Below, piece after piece: positions 1-8,869 of a DNA stretch of 64,000 bases. Source of the DNA: Halomonas sp. HL-48 (GTDB lineage Bacteria > Pseudomonadota > Gammaproteobacteria > Pseudomonadales > Halomonadaceae); contig LJZS01000019.1 in assembly GCA_001314875.1 (NCBI GenBank), forward strand, positions 276 to 64,275. Reading direction: 5' to 3'. The notes beneath the pieces were generated by a model that ran no database searches, was not told the DNA's origin, and saw only the letters and a list, made by a program, of their open reading frames with translations. The position numbers were made by a program, and so were the translations under genes. Numbering within the stretch: the stretch's first letter is position 1; every line of letters begins with the position of its first letter.

Positions 1-416
1 TAACCACTTGTATGCCTTTCCATAGCGACTCGTAGGTTTTATCGACCAAGCGCTTTGCATAGGGTTTTACATCGCCGATAAGGTACATCTTGCTGGAATC
101 GGCAATAAACCCGCACTTCTCAAGGGTAATATCGACATTGACGATATCACCTGACTTGAGCGTTTGCTTTTCCGATGGTATGCCGTGACAAACCACATGA
201 TTGACTGACGCATTCAGGACAAATTGATAATCGTATTGCCCCTTGCTCGCCGGGCGTGCCTGCAAATCATCCACGATATAGCGCTCGGCCCAACGATTGA
301 TATCCATGGTGGATACGCCGGGCGCTATGTGTTTATCCAGATAACTGAAAACCAAAGCGAGTAGGCGCCCGGCTTCACGCATTACGCGCAGTTCCTGTTC
401 ACTTTTAAGGATCACA
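1..416 (-). CDS. map: Type I methionine aminopeptidase (M24), N-terminal part; the gene runs off the left edge
   Basis: Hand translation of the minus strand from GTG at 416 gives (M)ILKSEQELRVMREAGRLLALVFSYLDKHIAPGVSTMDINRWAERYIVDDL...VNHVVCHGIPSEKQTLKSGDIVNVDITLEKCGFIADSSKMY. This is a canonical Map N-terminus (HGIP and GDIVNVD motifs). It is absent from the ORF track because there is no stop codon inside the window. Confidence 0.8.
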
Positions 417-623
417 CTAGGCACCGACTACCTTCCTTACATCCACATCGGCTTGCTTCATTTGCTCGCGCATAATCTCAGAGAACGTCATGGTTGGGTT
501 GGCCTCGGCGAGCATGCCTATTTTGATCCAATACTCGGCTTGCGCATTGATAGAGCGCACCATGACGGCGCTCGCTTTGCGAATATCTTCATGCAACTGA
601 TCATTGATCTTAACGATACCCAT
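417..623 (-). CDS. ParD-like antitoxin family protein (PF11903-like)
   Basis: MGIVKINDQLHEDIRKASAVMVRSINAQAEYWIKIGMLAEANP matches my recollection of the ParD_like family. The start is moved to the internal ATG at 623 (GGTGG upstream), since family members begin MGIVKI. Its stop (417-419) directly abuts the GTG of map. Confidence 0.6.
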   Translation of the reverse strand: MGIVKINDQLHEDIRKASAVMVRSINAQAEYWIKIGMLAEANPTMTFSEIMREQMKQADVDVRKVVGA

Positions 624-695
624 CACACCACCCAATATATGAAGTGAATACATAATGTATACGAATCATATATTGACTATCTTCTACTGGCAAGG

Positions 696-2057
696 CTATG
701 AGGCAACGTTGACCAGTGGCACACACGCAAGGATCTCCTCGCGCAGTTTCTGCTTTGGCTCTTCCAGCGAAGCGCGCCATTGATGGCACTCCTGCTTCTG
801 CTGCGAGTCCGGTGAAAGGCTGGCGCAGAAGGCATCCAGCCAGGCCTGTCGAGTGCAGATATCCTGAAAGTCACCGAGCAGGCGCTGGCGGTGCTTAAGT
901 TGAGCGAGAAACCGTTTAGAGGTCGCGGGCGTCAGGTCGGCCAGATAGCGAATGCGCTTTACTCGCTTGCGCAGTTCATGCAAGTCGGCGTCGGACGCCA
1001 GTAGCGCCAAATCGTCATCATGGGCGGCGATACGTTTATCCAGCACTGTGTTGATGCGCTTCGACGTGAGTTTGGACAGCGCCTTCTTGACCTCCCCAGA
1101 GGCAATAAACGCCTGCCAGTTCTGCAACTGCTCGGCATATTCAGGTGCTCTCAACAGCTGGCATACCGCGTTATGCTGCTCCGCACGGCAAGCCTGAAGC
1201 CATTGTTGAAGGTCCTTACGAGTATTGACGGAAAGCGGCGGTGAGAGATTGCCCAGATCCTCCAGAAACACGTCCAGATCGCGGAGGTCACTGGTCGCCC
1301 GGGCACGGTGCTTGAGCGCCTTGAGCTGCTTCTTGAGCCCCGGCACCTTGGTAACGGAACGCAGGGATTCACCCACCGCCCGGCTGCGACGCAGGTTTAC
1401 CCGGTACTGGTGCAGAAACTCGGGATCCTCCCCCGCGATGACCCCGGGCTCCAGCGCCTCGATCATCCGGCACTGGTGCGCAAGCATGGCGCGGGTTCGT
1501 GTCGCCATATCGTTTTTAGGGTCAGGCGGCTTGGGCGCCCGGCGCTTGAACAGCGGATAACTCGCAGCTTCCGGGCTAAGGCTCCCCACCAGCGTCGCGC
1601 CGCCCTGCTCCATGGCCGACCAGGGCATTTGCGGCAGCGTGAAATGCAACACGCTGGCGGTGGACAGCTTCGTCGGCGAGGCTCTATCGAGCCAACGGGC
1701 AAGCTCCACCAGCGCCGGATTATGGCCGATTATCAATACCCGCTCGGCCCCTTCAGGCAGCGCCTTCAGCCAGGCCAGCAACGCGTCGCCCTCAAAGGTG
1801 TAAAGGGCTTCATCGAAATGCACCTGGTTCGCCAGAGGGCAGTCAGGCAGCCGCCCGGCGATTTCGTCGAAGGTCGCCCGTGTGCGCGCCGACGTGCTGA
1901 CGTAAACCTCGCCTTCCAACGCTTGCCAGCGCTGCAGCACCGGCGCCATCGCCGCGGCCTGGCGTTTTCCCCGCTTGCGCAACGGCCGTTGGTGGTCGGC
2001 CGTATCGCCGCTGGGTTGCTTGGCCTTGGCGTGGCGCATCACGAAAAGGTGGCGCAT
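696..2057 (-). CDS. SixA-like histidine phosphatase fused to a CHAD domain
   Basis: The N-terminus MRHLFVMRHAKA...VYVSTSARTRATF...LIIGHNPAL is a SixA/His-phosphatase signature. The C-terminal ~280 aa carry repeated LHxxRVxxRRxR and LHELRKRVKRIRY helices typical of CHAD. The track ORF start (2198) overlaps the upstream gene, so the ATG at 2057 is used. Confidence 0.65.
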   Translation of the reverse strand: MRHLFVMRHAKAKQPSGDTADHQRPLRKRGKRQAAAMAPVLQRWQALEGEVYVSTSARTRATFDEIAGRLPDCPLANQVHFDEALYTFEGDALLAWLKALPEGAERVLIIGHNPALVELARWLDRASPTKLSTASVLHFTLPQMPWSAMEQGGATLVGSLSPEAASYPLFKRRAPKPPDPKNDMATRTRAMLAHQCRMIEALEPGVIAGEDPEFLHQYRVNLRRSRAVGESLRSVTKVPGLKKQLKALKHRARATSDLRDLDVFLEDLGNLSPPLSVNTRKDLQQWLQACRAEQHNAVCQLLRAPEYAEQLQNWQAFIASGEVKKALSKLTSKRINTVLDKRIAAHDDDLALLASDADLHELRKRVKRIRYLADLTPATSKRFLAQLKHRQRLLGDFQDICTRQAWLDAFCASLSPDSQQKQECHQWRASLEEPKQKLREEILACVPLVNVAS

Positions 2058-2092
2058 GTATCTACTCCCTATCGCGACTTGATAAAAACAGT

Positions 2093-2518
2093 CTAGTACA
2101 CACCCTTGCTCGAGCGAACACGCCGATGGGGCCGCACCACCCACCAGCTCGCCAGCACCAAGCCACCAAACACGCTGTAACCCGCCACAAACACCCATTC
2201 CGGCGCGCTATAGTAAAGCAGGCTGTGCAGCCAATACTGAATAAACGACCCGGAATACGTAGCCGCGCCCGCTTTGGTTCTAAGTGCCATTTCCCAGGTG
2301 GTCAGCGGGCAGACGGCGCCCAACCAGGATTGCACCACCACATAGCCGATGGCACATAGATGAACGATACGGAATACTCTGTTCCGCACCCAACGCCATT
2401 TCAGAACATACCCTGCGTATACGGCAAACAGGCCGAGCACAACGAAGGCCACAAACAGCACGTGAATAATTAATATGGCGTCGGCTAAAAGCAGCAATAG
2501 CCACTGTTCAGACATCAT
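2093..2518 (-). CDS. DUF2784-like small membrane protein
   Basis: 141 aa with 4 hydrophobic helices and a CPLTTWE motif, which I recall as characteristic of DUF2784. Confidence 0.55.
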   Translation of the reverse strand: MMSEQWLLLLLADAILIIHVLFVAFVVLGLFAVYAGYVLKWRWVRNRVFRIVHLCAIGYVVVQSWLGAVCPLTTWEMALRTKAGAATYSGSFIQYWLHSLLYYSAPEWVFVAGYSVFGGLVLASWWVVRPHRRVRSSKGVY

Positions 2519-2567
2519 CCTTCACCTCGGCGTAGCTTAACTGTCTGAAAAGCTTGCCGCACAGGCT

Positions 2568-3179
2568 TCAAGCCCGTAACGGCAGCGCCGCGCCAATGGC
2601 CATGAACACGCCCCCGCAAACGCGATTAAACCCTCGCCCGGCACGCTCTAACCAATGTCGAATACGGCTAGCGGCGCTTGCCAGAATGAACTCTGCCAAA
2701 AATTCCGTCATCACGAAGGTCGCCGCCATAATGACAAACTGGTGCACTAGGCTGTTTTGCGGGTCTAAGAATTGCGGTAAGAAAGCGCTAAAGAACAGCA
2801 ACACTTTGGGATTGGTAATCGACGCCAGCGCCCCTTGGCGAAAAAGCGACCAACCGCTGGTCACCATTTCGTCAGGATGCGCTGTCGTGGAAATCGGCGG
2901 TGAGCGCCATACCTGAATGCCAAGCCAAACGAGATACGCGCCCCCTACCCACTTCAGAATGGAAAGCCACATAACCGACGACTTGATCAGTGCCCCAATA
3001 CCAAACATGCAAAGGGCAATGACGATGACAAAGCCTATCGCGCCGCCTGAAATGGTAAACAACGCCCTGCGGCTTCCGTGAAGTACGCCATGGGTCAGCG
3101 CCAGAAGCCCGTTGGGGCCGGGCGACAATGACAAGCCCACACAGCTAATGAAATAGATGACCCACGTTTCAAGCGGCAT
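2568..3179 (-). CDS. LysE/RhtB family amino-acid exporter
   Basis: LSLSPGPNGLLALTHG motif and ~200 aa with 6 TM segments. The start at ATG 3179 is preceded by GGGAGGG. Confidence 0.8.
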   Translation of the reverse strand: MPLETWVIYFISCVGLSLSPGPNGLLALTHGVLHGSRRALFTISGGAIGFVIVIALCMFGIGALIKSSVMWLSILKWVGGAYLVWLGIQVWRSPPISTTAHPDEMVTSGWSLFRQGALASITNPKVLLFFSAFLPQFLDPQNSLVHQFVIMAATFVMTEFLAEFILASAASRIRHWLERAGRGFNRVCGGVFMAIGAALPLRA

Positions 3180-3448
3180 TGATTCCCTCCCGTATCCCGC
3201 CATCTACGACACACAAGGCCCATACGATGGCTGCGTAGTAGTATTTTGGTGTAACCGGACAAGCTATCAGCGTAATCGCCAGAACATTGATCGTTTCGCC
3301 TGGGCCCAAGCAACATGCAGTAAAATGCAAGACGCTTCGCAAACATGGGTTCGTCATTGCGCCATTGATAACGACGACTTCTTGGCCTTATTAATACACT
3401 TCGTTTACGCTCAATGGCTGAGTCAAGCAACCATTAGGGAAGCGATCA

Positions 3449-3877
3449 ATGAAAATCAGCGCACGCAATGCATTAAAAGGCAAAGTTCTCAGCGTCAACG
3501 AAGGTGCTGTCAATTCTGAGGTTACCATGGAACTGCCAGGTGGCGAGCAGTTGGTCGCAGTGGTGACTTGCGAGAGCGCTAAAAACCTTAACCTGGTGCC
3601 GGGTAGTGACGCCACCGCGCTTATCAAAGCACCGTGGGTCATGCTGATGACCGAATCTGAAGGTATCCGCCTCTCTGCACGTAACTGCCTGAATGGAAAA
3701 GTCCTTAGCGTTAGCGATGGTGCGGTAAATGCCGAGGTAATACTCGAACTTTCAGGTGGCAGCCGAGTGTGTTCCATCGTCACCCGTGATGCCGTTGAGG
3801 AGCTAGGCCTCAAGCCTGGAGTTAATGCTTCCGCCATTATCAAGGCATCGCATATCATTCTCGCCGCTTCCGTTTAA
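3449..3877 (+). CDS. mop: Molybdenum-pterin-binding protein, tandem TOBE (di-Mop)
   Basis: Two repeats of (I/L)SARNxLxGKVLSVxxGAVNxEVxxEL...G...ATALIKA, the TOBE/Mop signature. Confidence 0.8.
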   Translation: MKISARNALKGKVLSVNEGAVNSEVTMELPGGEQLVAVVTCESAKNLNLVPGSDATALIKAPWVMLMTESEGIRLSARNCLNGKVLSVSDGAVNAEVILELSGGSRVCSIVTRDAVEELGLKPGVNASAIIKASHIILAASV

Positions 3878-3892
3878 ATCTCTTCAGTTACG

Positions 3893-3944
3893 TTACAAGC
3901 CTGTCGCGTCCCAATGAAAATCATCGCCGCGACGGCGCTTGTAA
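3893..3944. terminator. Hairpin between the convergent mop and transporter genes (possible bidirectional terminator)
   Basis: TTACAAGCCTGTCGCG ... CGCGACGGCGCTTGTAA is an imperfect inverted repeat (8+6 bp). There is no clear T-tract. Confidence 0.35.
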
Positions 3945-3973
3945 CAGCAGCGCTTACCGGTCATTTCGAAGCA

Positions 3974-5104
3974 CTATCTTTGCGCAACCTGTTGGCGACG
4001 CACCCAGGCAGCGCGGATAGCTTCAGCGCCCATCCCGGTCAGCAACCCTAAAAAGGGGTCTGCCCAGATAGTGACCGCTGCCGTCATCCCGATGACAGGC
4101 CAGCAAGACGGTTTGGCAGACGTAAGGCGCTTAGTAAAGGCCAACTCAGTGGCCGCCACTAGCAGCAATGCCCCAAGACCTGCCGTTGGAATGGCCGCCA
4201 ACAACGAGAGCCCACCCGGCACCAACGCCACCGAGCACAAACCAATCCCTAGCAAAACAGGCGCAATGCCGGTACGAGCCCCAAAGCGGTAATGCGCCGC
4301 CAAGCCACCCGCCCCATGGCACATGGGTAACGCCCCGAGCGGTACCATAAAGAAGTTGGCAAGCCCGGTACTCATTGACAACCGAGCAGGCGTTACATGA
4401 CGTGCTTGCACACCAAAATAATCCTCAGCCATCAAGGCCGTAAGCAGTATGGCATTGGTGAACGTTAGCGCTAACTGGGGTAACACCAACATCGAAAACC
4501 CTTCTTGCCAAGCGCTTACGCTCGATAAATCAGGTAGAGAGAAACTAGAAAAATTCGCCGTATGAAGAGCTATCCCTGGTGCCTCAACCAACGCACCCAG
4601 GGCGACTGACACTCCAAGACCCAATAGAACCGCCGGGAAATGTGGCAATGTCCGCAAGACAACAACCAATACCGACAACGTGACAATCCCGACCAGCGGC
4701 GACGTGGAGATCAGGCCAATACTCATGTAGGCAAGCATCAGACCCAACCCTAACTGAACCCCGCTTAGAACCGACCTAGGCACCAGCCGCGCTAGCCAGT
4801 TAATCCATCCAGTCGAACCCAATAGCAGTAAAACCGCGCCGATCAGTATGCCACTCGCGGCTAAACTTTCCGCACTTACCTGAGTCGTGAGCAACACTGC
4901 AGACACAGCCTTCATGGGCTGCACCGGTATAGGCAGACGATAATAAAGCCCCGTTGCGATATAAAACGCTGCAAATCCCAGCAGGACAGGTATCGGGGCT
5001 AATCCTGCCACCCCAATAGCGCCCAGGCTAGGCGGCAGCAACGTCCCCAAATCACCGAGCGCGCCGCTGGCATCTTTCAATAGATGATTTTTCGATGCAG
5101 ACAT
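3974..5104 (-). CDS. MOT1/SulP-related putative molybdate (sulfate) transporter
   Basis: GDLGTLLP and PVQPMK motifs (MOT1 signature) in a polytopic membrane protein. The start is moved to ATG 5104 (MSASKNHLL). Confidence 0.6.
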   Translation of the reverse strand: MSASKNHLLKDASGALGDLGTLLPPSLGAIGVAGLAPIPVLLGFAAFYIATGLYYRLPIPVQPMKAVSAVLLTTQVSAESLAASGILIGAVLLLLGSTGWINWLARLVPRSVLSGVQLGLGLMLAYMSIGLISTSPLVGIVTLSVLVVVLRTLPHFPAVLLGLGVSVALGALVEAPGIALHTANFSSFSLPDLSSVSAWQEGFSMLVLPQLALTFTNAILLTALMAEDYFGVQARHVTPARLSMSTGLANFFMVPLGALPMCHGAGGLAAHYRFGARTGIAPVLLGIGLCSVALVPGGLSLLAAIPTAGLGALLLVAATELAFTKRLTSAKPSCWPVIGMTAAVTIWADPFLGLLTGMGAEAIRAAWVRRQQVAQR

Positions 5105-5511
5105 ACGCGGGTACTCGTTTATCGCCCCTACCACTAGCAGGGAATTATTGATCAATAGACGCGTGTAAAGCGCCTATTACACACGCTTATTGCTCATCAA
5201 CACACTCATAAATGGCGGTGCCATATCTGAGAAAGTGTTAGCGCACTATCGCCAGAGCCACAAGGCTAGCGTTCGAATGCGAGCCCTAGCGTTTCAAAGT
5301 ACATTTTTGTGCATAAAGCTGCATAAATTCCAACGCCCAGTGCAGATGGCTCAATTACGGTAGATAATGCAACTCAAGGGCGCATGAACACAATGCCTCA
5401 ACGTGTCTTACCTTATTGAGCTGTGCACTCAACCGAGCGTTATTCGATAACGGCGCAGCCTGGCGAATGAGTAAATCCGTTTTGCACCCACATAGAATAA
5501 GGAAGGAAAAG

Positions 5512-6327
5512 ATGAAAAAGACTGGATTGATCCTTGCGACCACAAGCCTTGCGGGCCTTGCCTTTACGGTACAAGCCCAAGAGGAAGCAGACTTCATCAC
5601 CCTCGCCTCCACCACCTCTACCGAAAATTCGGGCCTGTTTGATCACATCAACCCACAGTTTACTGAGGCTACCGGTATTGAAGTACGCGTTGTCGCCGTG
5701 GGCACTGGCCAAGCCTTTGAAATTGCCCGCCGTGGCGATGCGGATAGCCTGCTGGTGCACGACACGACCGGCGAAGAGAAGTTTGTTTCAGAGGGTTATG
5801 GAACCGAGCGCGCCGACGTCATGTACAACGATTTCGTCGTCATCGGCCCGGAGGATGATCCGGCTGGAATTGCAGACGCCGAGACCGTGGAAGAAGCTTT
5901 CTCACTCATTGCCGAAGATGAGGCAGCTTTCGCCTCGCGTGGCGATGACAGCGGAACGAATCGCGCCGAGCTGCGCCTGTGGGAAGCTGCAGGTGTGGAA
6001 CCGGATGGCGAATGGTACCGTGAACTCGGAAGCGGCATGGGGCCGACACTCAATACCGCCGCTGGCATGGAAGCCTACGTGATGAGTGACCGTGCCACCT
6101 GGGTTGCTTTTGAGAATCCCCAAGACCTGACGATACTGTTCGAGGGCGACGAGGCTCTGTTCAATCAATACGGAAGTATTCTGATTGATCCGGAACGCCA
6201 CCCTCACCTCAAGCACGATTTGGCAGAACAATGGCACGAATGGCTTCTATCCGAAGAAGGCCAACAAGCCATTGGCGAATTCGAAGTAAAAGACCAGCAG
6301 CTGTTCTTCCCCAACGCCGCTGAATAA
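5512..6327 (+). CDS. tupA: TupA-like tungstate/molybdate periplasmic binding protein
   Basis: Signal peptide MKKTGLILATTSLAGLAFTVQA, then ASTTSTENSGL (a TTTS-type anion-binding motif). AAGGAAGGA lies upstream of ATG 5512. Confidence 0.65.
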   Translation: MKKTGLILATTSLAGLAFTVQAQEEADFITLASTTSTENSGLFDHINPQFTEATGIEVRVVAVGTGQAFEIARRGDADSLLVHDTTGEEKFVSEGYGTERADVMYNDFVVIGPEDDPAGIADAETVEEAFSLIAEDEAAFASRGDDSGTNRAELRLWEAAGVEPDGEWYRELGSGMGPTLNTAAGMEAYVMSDRATWVAFENPQDLTILFEGDEALFNQYGSILIDPERHPHLKHDLAEQWHEWLLSEEGQQAIGEFEVKDQQLFFPNAAE

Positions 6328-6605
6328 AGCGCAGAGGCTGGGCCTTTTTGTCAATAAAAGACCCAGCTCCGCCTACCCTCCGCCTCTTCAAACGCTTCAC
6401 TGTCCAGCTTGTGCATCAGGCCAATCAACACCATTGAAACATCGCGCAGACCAAGCTATGACGGCTGGCAAGGACGTCTACGTCTCCCTCATATGCGGCG
6501 TTTACCAATGAATTCTCTTGGCCCAAAGGGCTCGACCTCAAGCGAGCAAGCAGGCATGGTAGGTATTCTTATTCACCATGAGCAAACCAACGAGAGGTTA
6601 CGCCA

Positions 6606-7139
6606 ATGCTGCACTTTCTGAAGCAAGGCCTAGGCACGATGGGGCTATTATCGATCTTGATGATGTCTGCCAACGCCTTCAGCCAAGAACAACCAGAGAC
6701 GCCTTCCGGTGATGATGTCACCACCGAGTCGTTCCAGGACTGGGAAGTCCGCTGCCAGCGTAATGGCGAAGGCCCAAGCCCCTGTGCAATGGCGCAATTG
6801 GTCACGCAACCTGACAGCGACCAGCCCTTGATGCAGGTCATGCTCGACTACCCACCCGAGGCCGAAGGCCCGGTGATGAGCTTCTTCGTGCCGCTGGGGG
6901 TGCGTCTGGCCCCGGGCCTGCAAATGAGCGTGGATGACGGTGAGCCAATCCAATTCCCCTATCAGGTCTGCCAGGAGCAAGGATGCCGTGCCGACGCCCC
7001 CATTGAGTCGTCGATGTTAGAGCAGCTCCGCAACGGCACTACGGCCACCCTCAGCATGTTTGGTCCACAGGGTGATCGCATGGACCTGGATATTTCGCTG
7101 GCCGGCTTTACCGACGCCAGCAACCGCATCGCTCCCTGA
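6606..7139 (+). CDS. Invasion-associated locus B (IalB)-like periplasmic protein
   Basis: Signal peptide, W-x-x-x-C...C spacing and ~175 aa are consistent with the IalB family. This is recognition from memory only. Confidence 0.5.
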   Translation: MLHFLKQGLGTMGLLSILMMSANAFSQEQPETPSGDDVTTESFQDWEVRCQRNGEGPSPCAMAQLVTQPDSDQPLMQVMLDYPPEAEGPVMSFFVPLGVRLAPGLQMSVDDGEPIQFPYQVCQEQGCRADAPIESSMLEQLRNGTTATLSMFGPQGDRMDLDISLAGFTDASNRIAP

Positions 7140-7751
7140 TATCAGGGGCTTTTACCGACAAGGCCGGCCCTCAAGGGCCGGCAAGTCTACTCAACCGCTA
7201 TCAACATTCATTGCTAAATCTAAAAGCCCCACCAACAGACGCAACGCGTACTTTTGCGACGGGTACTTTATGGAGTAACTCTCCCACTCAACATAAGTTA
7301 TGGATAATCAGTATTATCAGGAAGTTGGGTGGGTTTCCACTAAACACAGTCGGGAAGAATTTTCGAGTCGTAATTGACACTAGGCTATTTTTGCTTTGGC
7401 ATTCAGCTATAACAGCAAGAACCAACCATTTCTGAAGATAGAAATATTGATTAGATCGTTTTAACCAAAAAACTACTGAAAAATTCTGACTTAAAAGGTA
7501 AGGCAACGTATGTAAAGCAATGGCCGTATTTATTACGCTCTCATCGGCAATTCTTGATTCTCTGATGTCGGCTTTCGGCAAAGAGCAATCTTTTAGACAA
7601 CGCTGATATAATGCGGAGCGCTGCAGAGCCCGGACCAATCGTCCAGTGCTTCCAAGGGACATTTTACATCCAAGAGTTTAAGTGGCTGGCCCAACCACGC
7701 AGGACCAGAACCAGTTCTTCGAGCATTCTTCGGATGCGTGCAATGCCTGTC

Positions 7752-7786
7752 GCACAACCAAGACGCCCCCGGAGTTCCGGGGGCGT
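7752..7786 (-). terminator. Rho-independent terminator of the 2OG-Fe dioxygenase gene
   Basis: Perfect 10-bp stem ACGCCCCCGG-agtt-CCGGGGGCGT at 7763-7786, followed on the minus strand by CTTGGTTGTG. It lies 34 nt downstream of the stop at 7820. Confidence 0.55.
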
Positions 7787-7819
7787 AGGTGTTGCTAGGC
7801 TCTCAATTTACCGAGAGTG

Positions 7820-8614
7820 TCAGTGGCTCTCATTGAGGACCGCTTCCGGGAAGTGGCGACGCAACATCCGGTTCTGGAAGTCGTCCACGAAGCGGCTATT
7901 GATGATGATGATGAACCGCTCAAAAGGTGCTTCGCTGTCGAGCTGTTCGATCCCGTCGACACTGTGGAAGAGCCGGTCATCGTTCAGATGAAGGATATCA
8001 CCCGGATCCAGAGTGATATCGACCAGGGGTTGCGTTCCAGCCTTGTCGCCGTAGAGGTGGTTTTCACCCCCCGCCACGTTTTCTCGATTGAGGACCAGAA
8101 TGCTCAGGGCCTTGCAGCCATCGGCATGAATTCCCTGACCCTGAAGGGGGTCGATGCTGCCTTCCCCGCGAACTCCGGTGATCTGCATCAGAATGGGTTC
8201 GTGCGCACCGATATTCCACAGCCTTGCCCAGGCGCGAACGAAGGCCTTCACATCGGGGCGTCCCATAAATTCCCGAGTCAGCGGATCATAGTACCGCAGG
8301 CGATCCGCCATGCTTTCCGCGTCGTTGAAGGCCCCTCCCTGGGCCATGGGGCATTGGCCCATATCCTCGACATCTCCCTGATCATTCAGGGCGAGCCATG
8401 ACATACGCTTCCATCGCTGATTAACATAGGGATCGCGCGGCAGGTCAGCGGTAAACCCCTGCCAGGCGGTCAGATCAATTCGCTTGCGAATATCGGTTTT
8501 CGCCCAATCCTGATGCCTCAGCGCCTCAATCACTTCCGGATGCCAATAATCGGCAAGTGAATCGGCAGGCATGGAGGTAGGGTCGAAACCATGCTTGAGA
8601 GTATCGAGTTTCAT
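7820..8614 (-). CDS. 2OG-Fe dioxygenase family protein (PF10014-like)
   Basis: 264 aa. GIHADG (HxD) and a distal RLFHSV histidine fit a 2-His-1-carboxylate facial triad. AGGAGA lies 8 nt upstream of the ATG. Confidence 0.55.
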   Translation of the reverse strand: MKLDTLKHGFDPTSMPADSLADYWHPEVIEALRHQDWAKTDIRKRIDLTAWQGFTADLPRDPYVNQRWKRMSWLALNDQGDVEDMGQCPMAQGGAFNDAESMADRLRYYDPLTREFMGRPDVKAFVRAWARLWNIGAHEPILMQITGVRGEGSIDPLQGQGIHADGCKALSILVLNRENVAGGENHLYGDKAGTQPLVDITLDPGDILHLNDDRLFHSVDGIEQLDSEAPFERFIIIINSRFVDDFQNRMLRRHFPEAVLNESH

Positions 8615-8869
8615 GTTGAGATTCTCCTGTTAACTGGGCGGAATTGCCCGGTGTTGCCGGTGTAAACATCGCGGTCAACAGGAGAAAAGTGAAAAGATTT
8701 GCAAGTAAATGTCAAAGAAATGTACTAAAAAAGCGTGCTTTTTTTAAAAATAGGATCAGACCGTTGAAGACGTATATATGTAGATTCTCCTATAAATAGG
8801 TGTAGGATAATCAAAACAAAGTGCCTATTGTTGCCATTATAATGGCTCTTGGCAGTGTTCTTTCTTTAA

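Noticed and set aside
7288-7662. 124-aa minus-strand ORF in the AT-rich region.
   Set aside because: It has no Shine-Dalgarno sequence, no recognisable motif and an odd composition. In AT-rich DNA, stop-free stretches of this size are not expected by chance, so it may be a decayed gene. I cannot support it as a functional CDS.
8689-8799. 36-codon GTG-initiated ORF (KRFASKCQRNVLKKRAFFKNRIRPLKTYICRFSYK) with GGAG 4 nt upstream, in the dioxygenase/PDE divergent region.
   Set aside because: It is very AT-rich promoter DNA. The peptide is plausible only as a leader, and nothing beyond an SD-like GGAG supports it.
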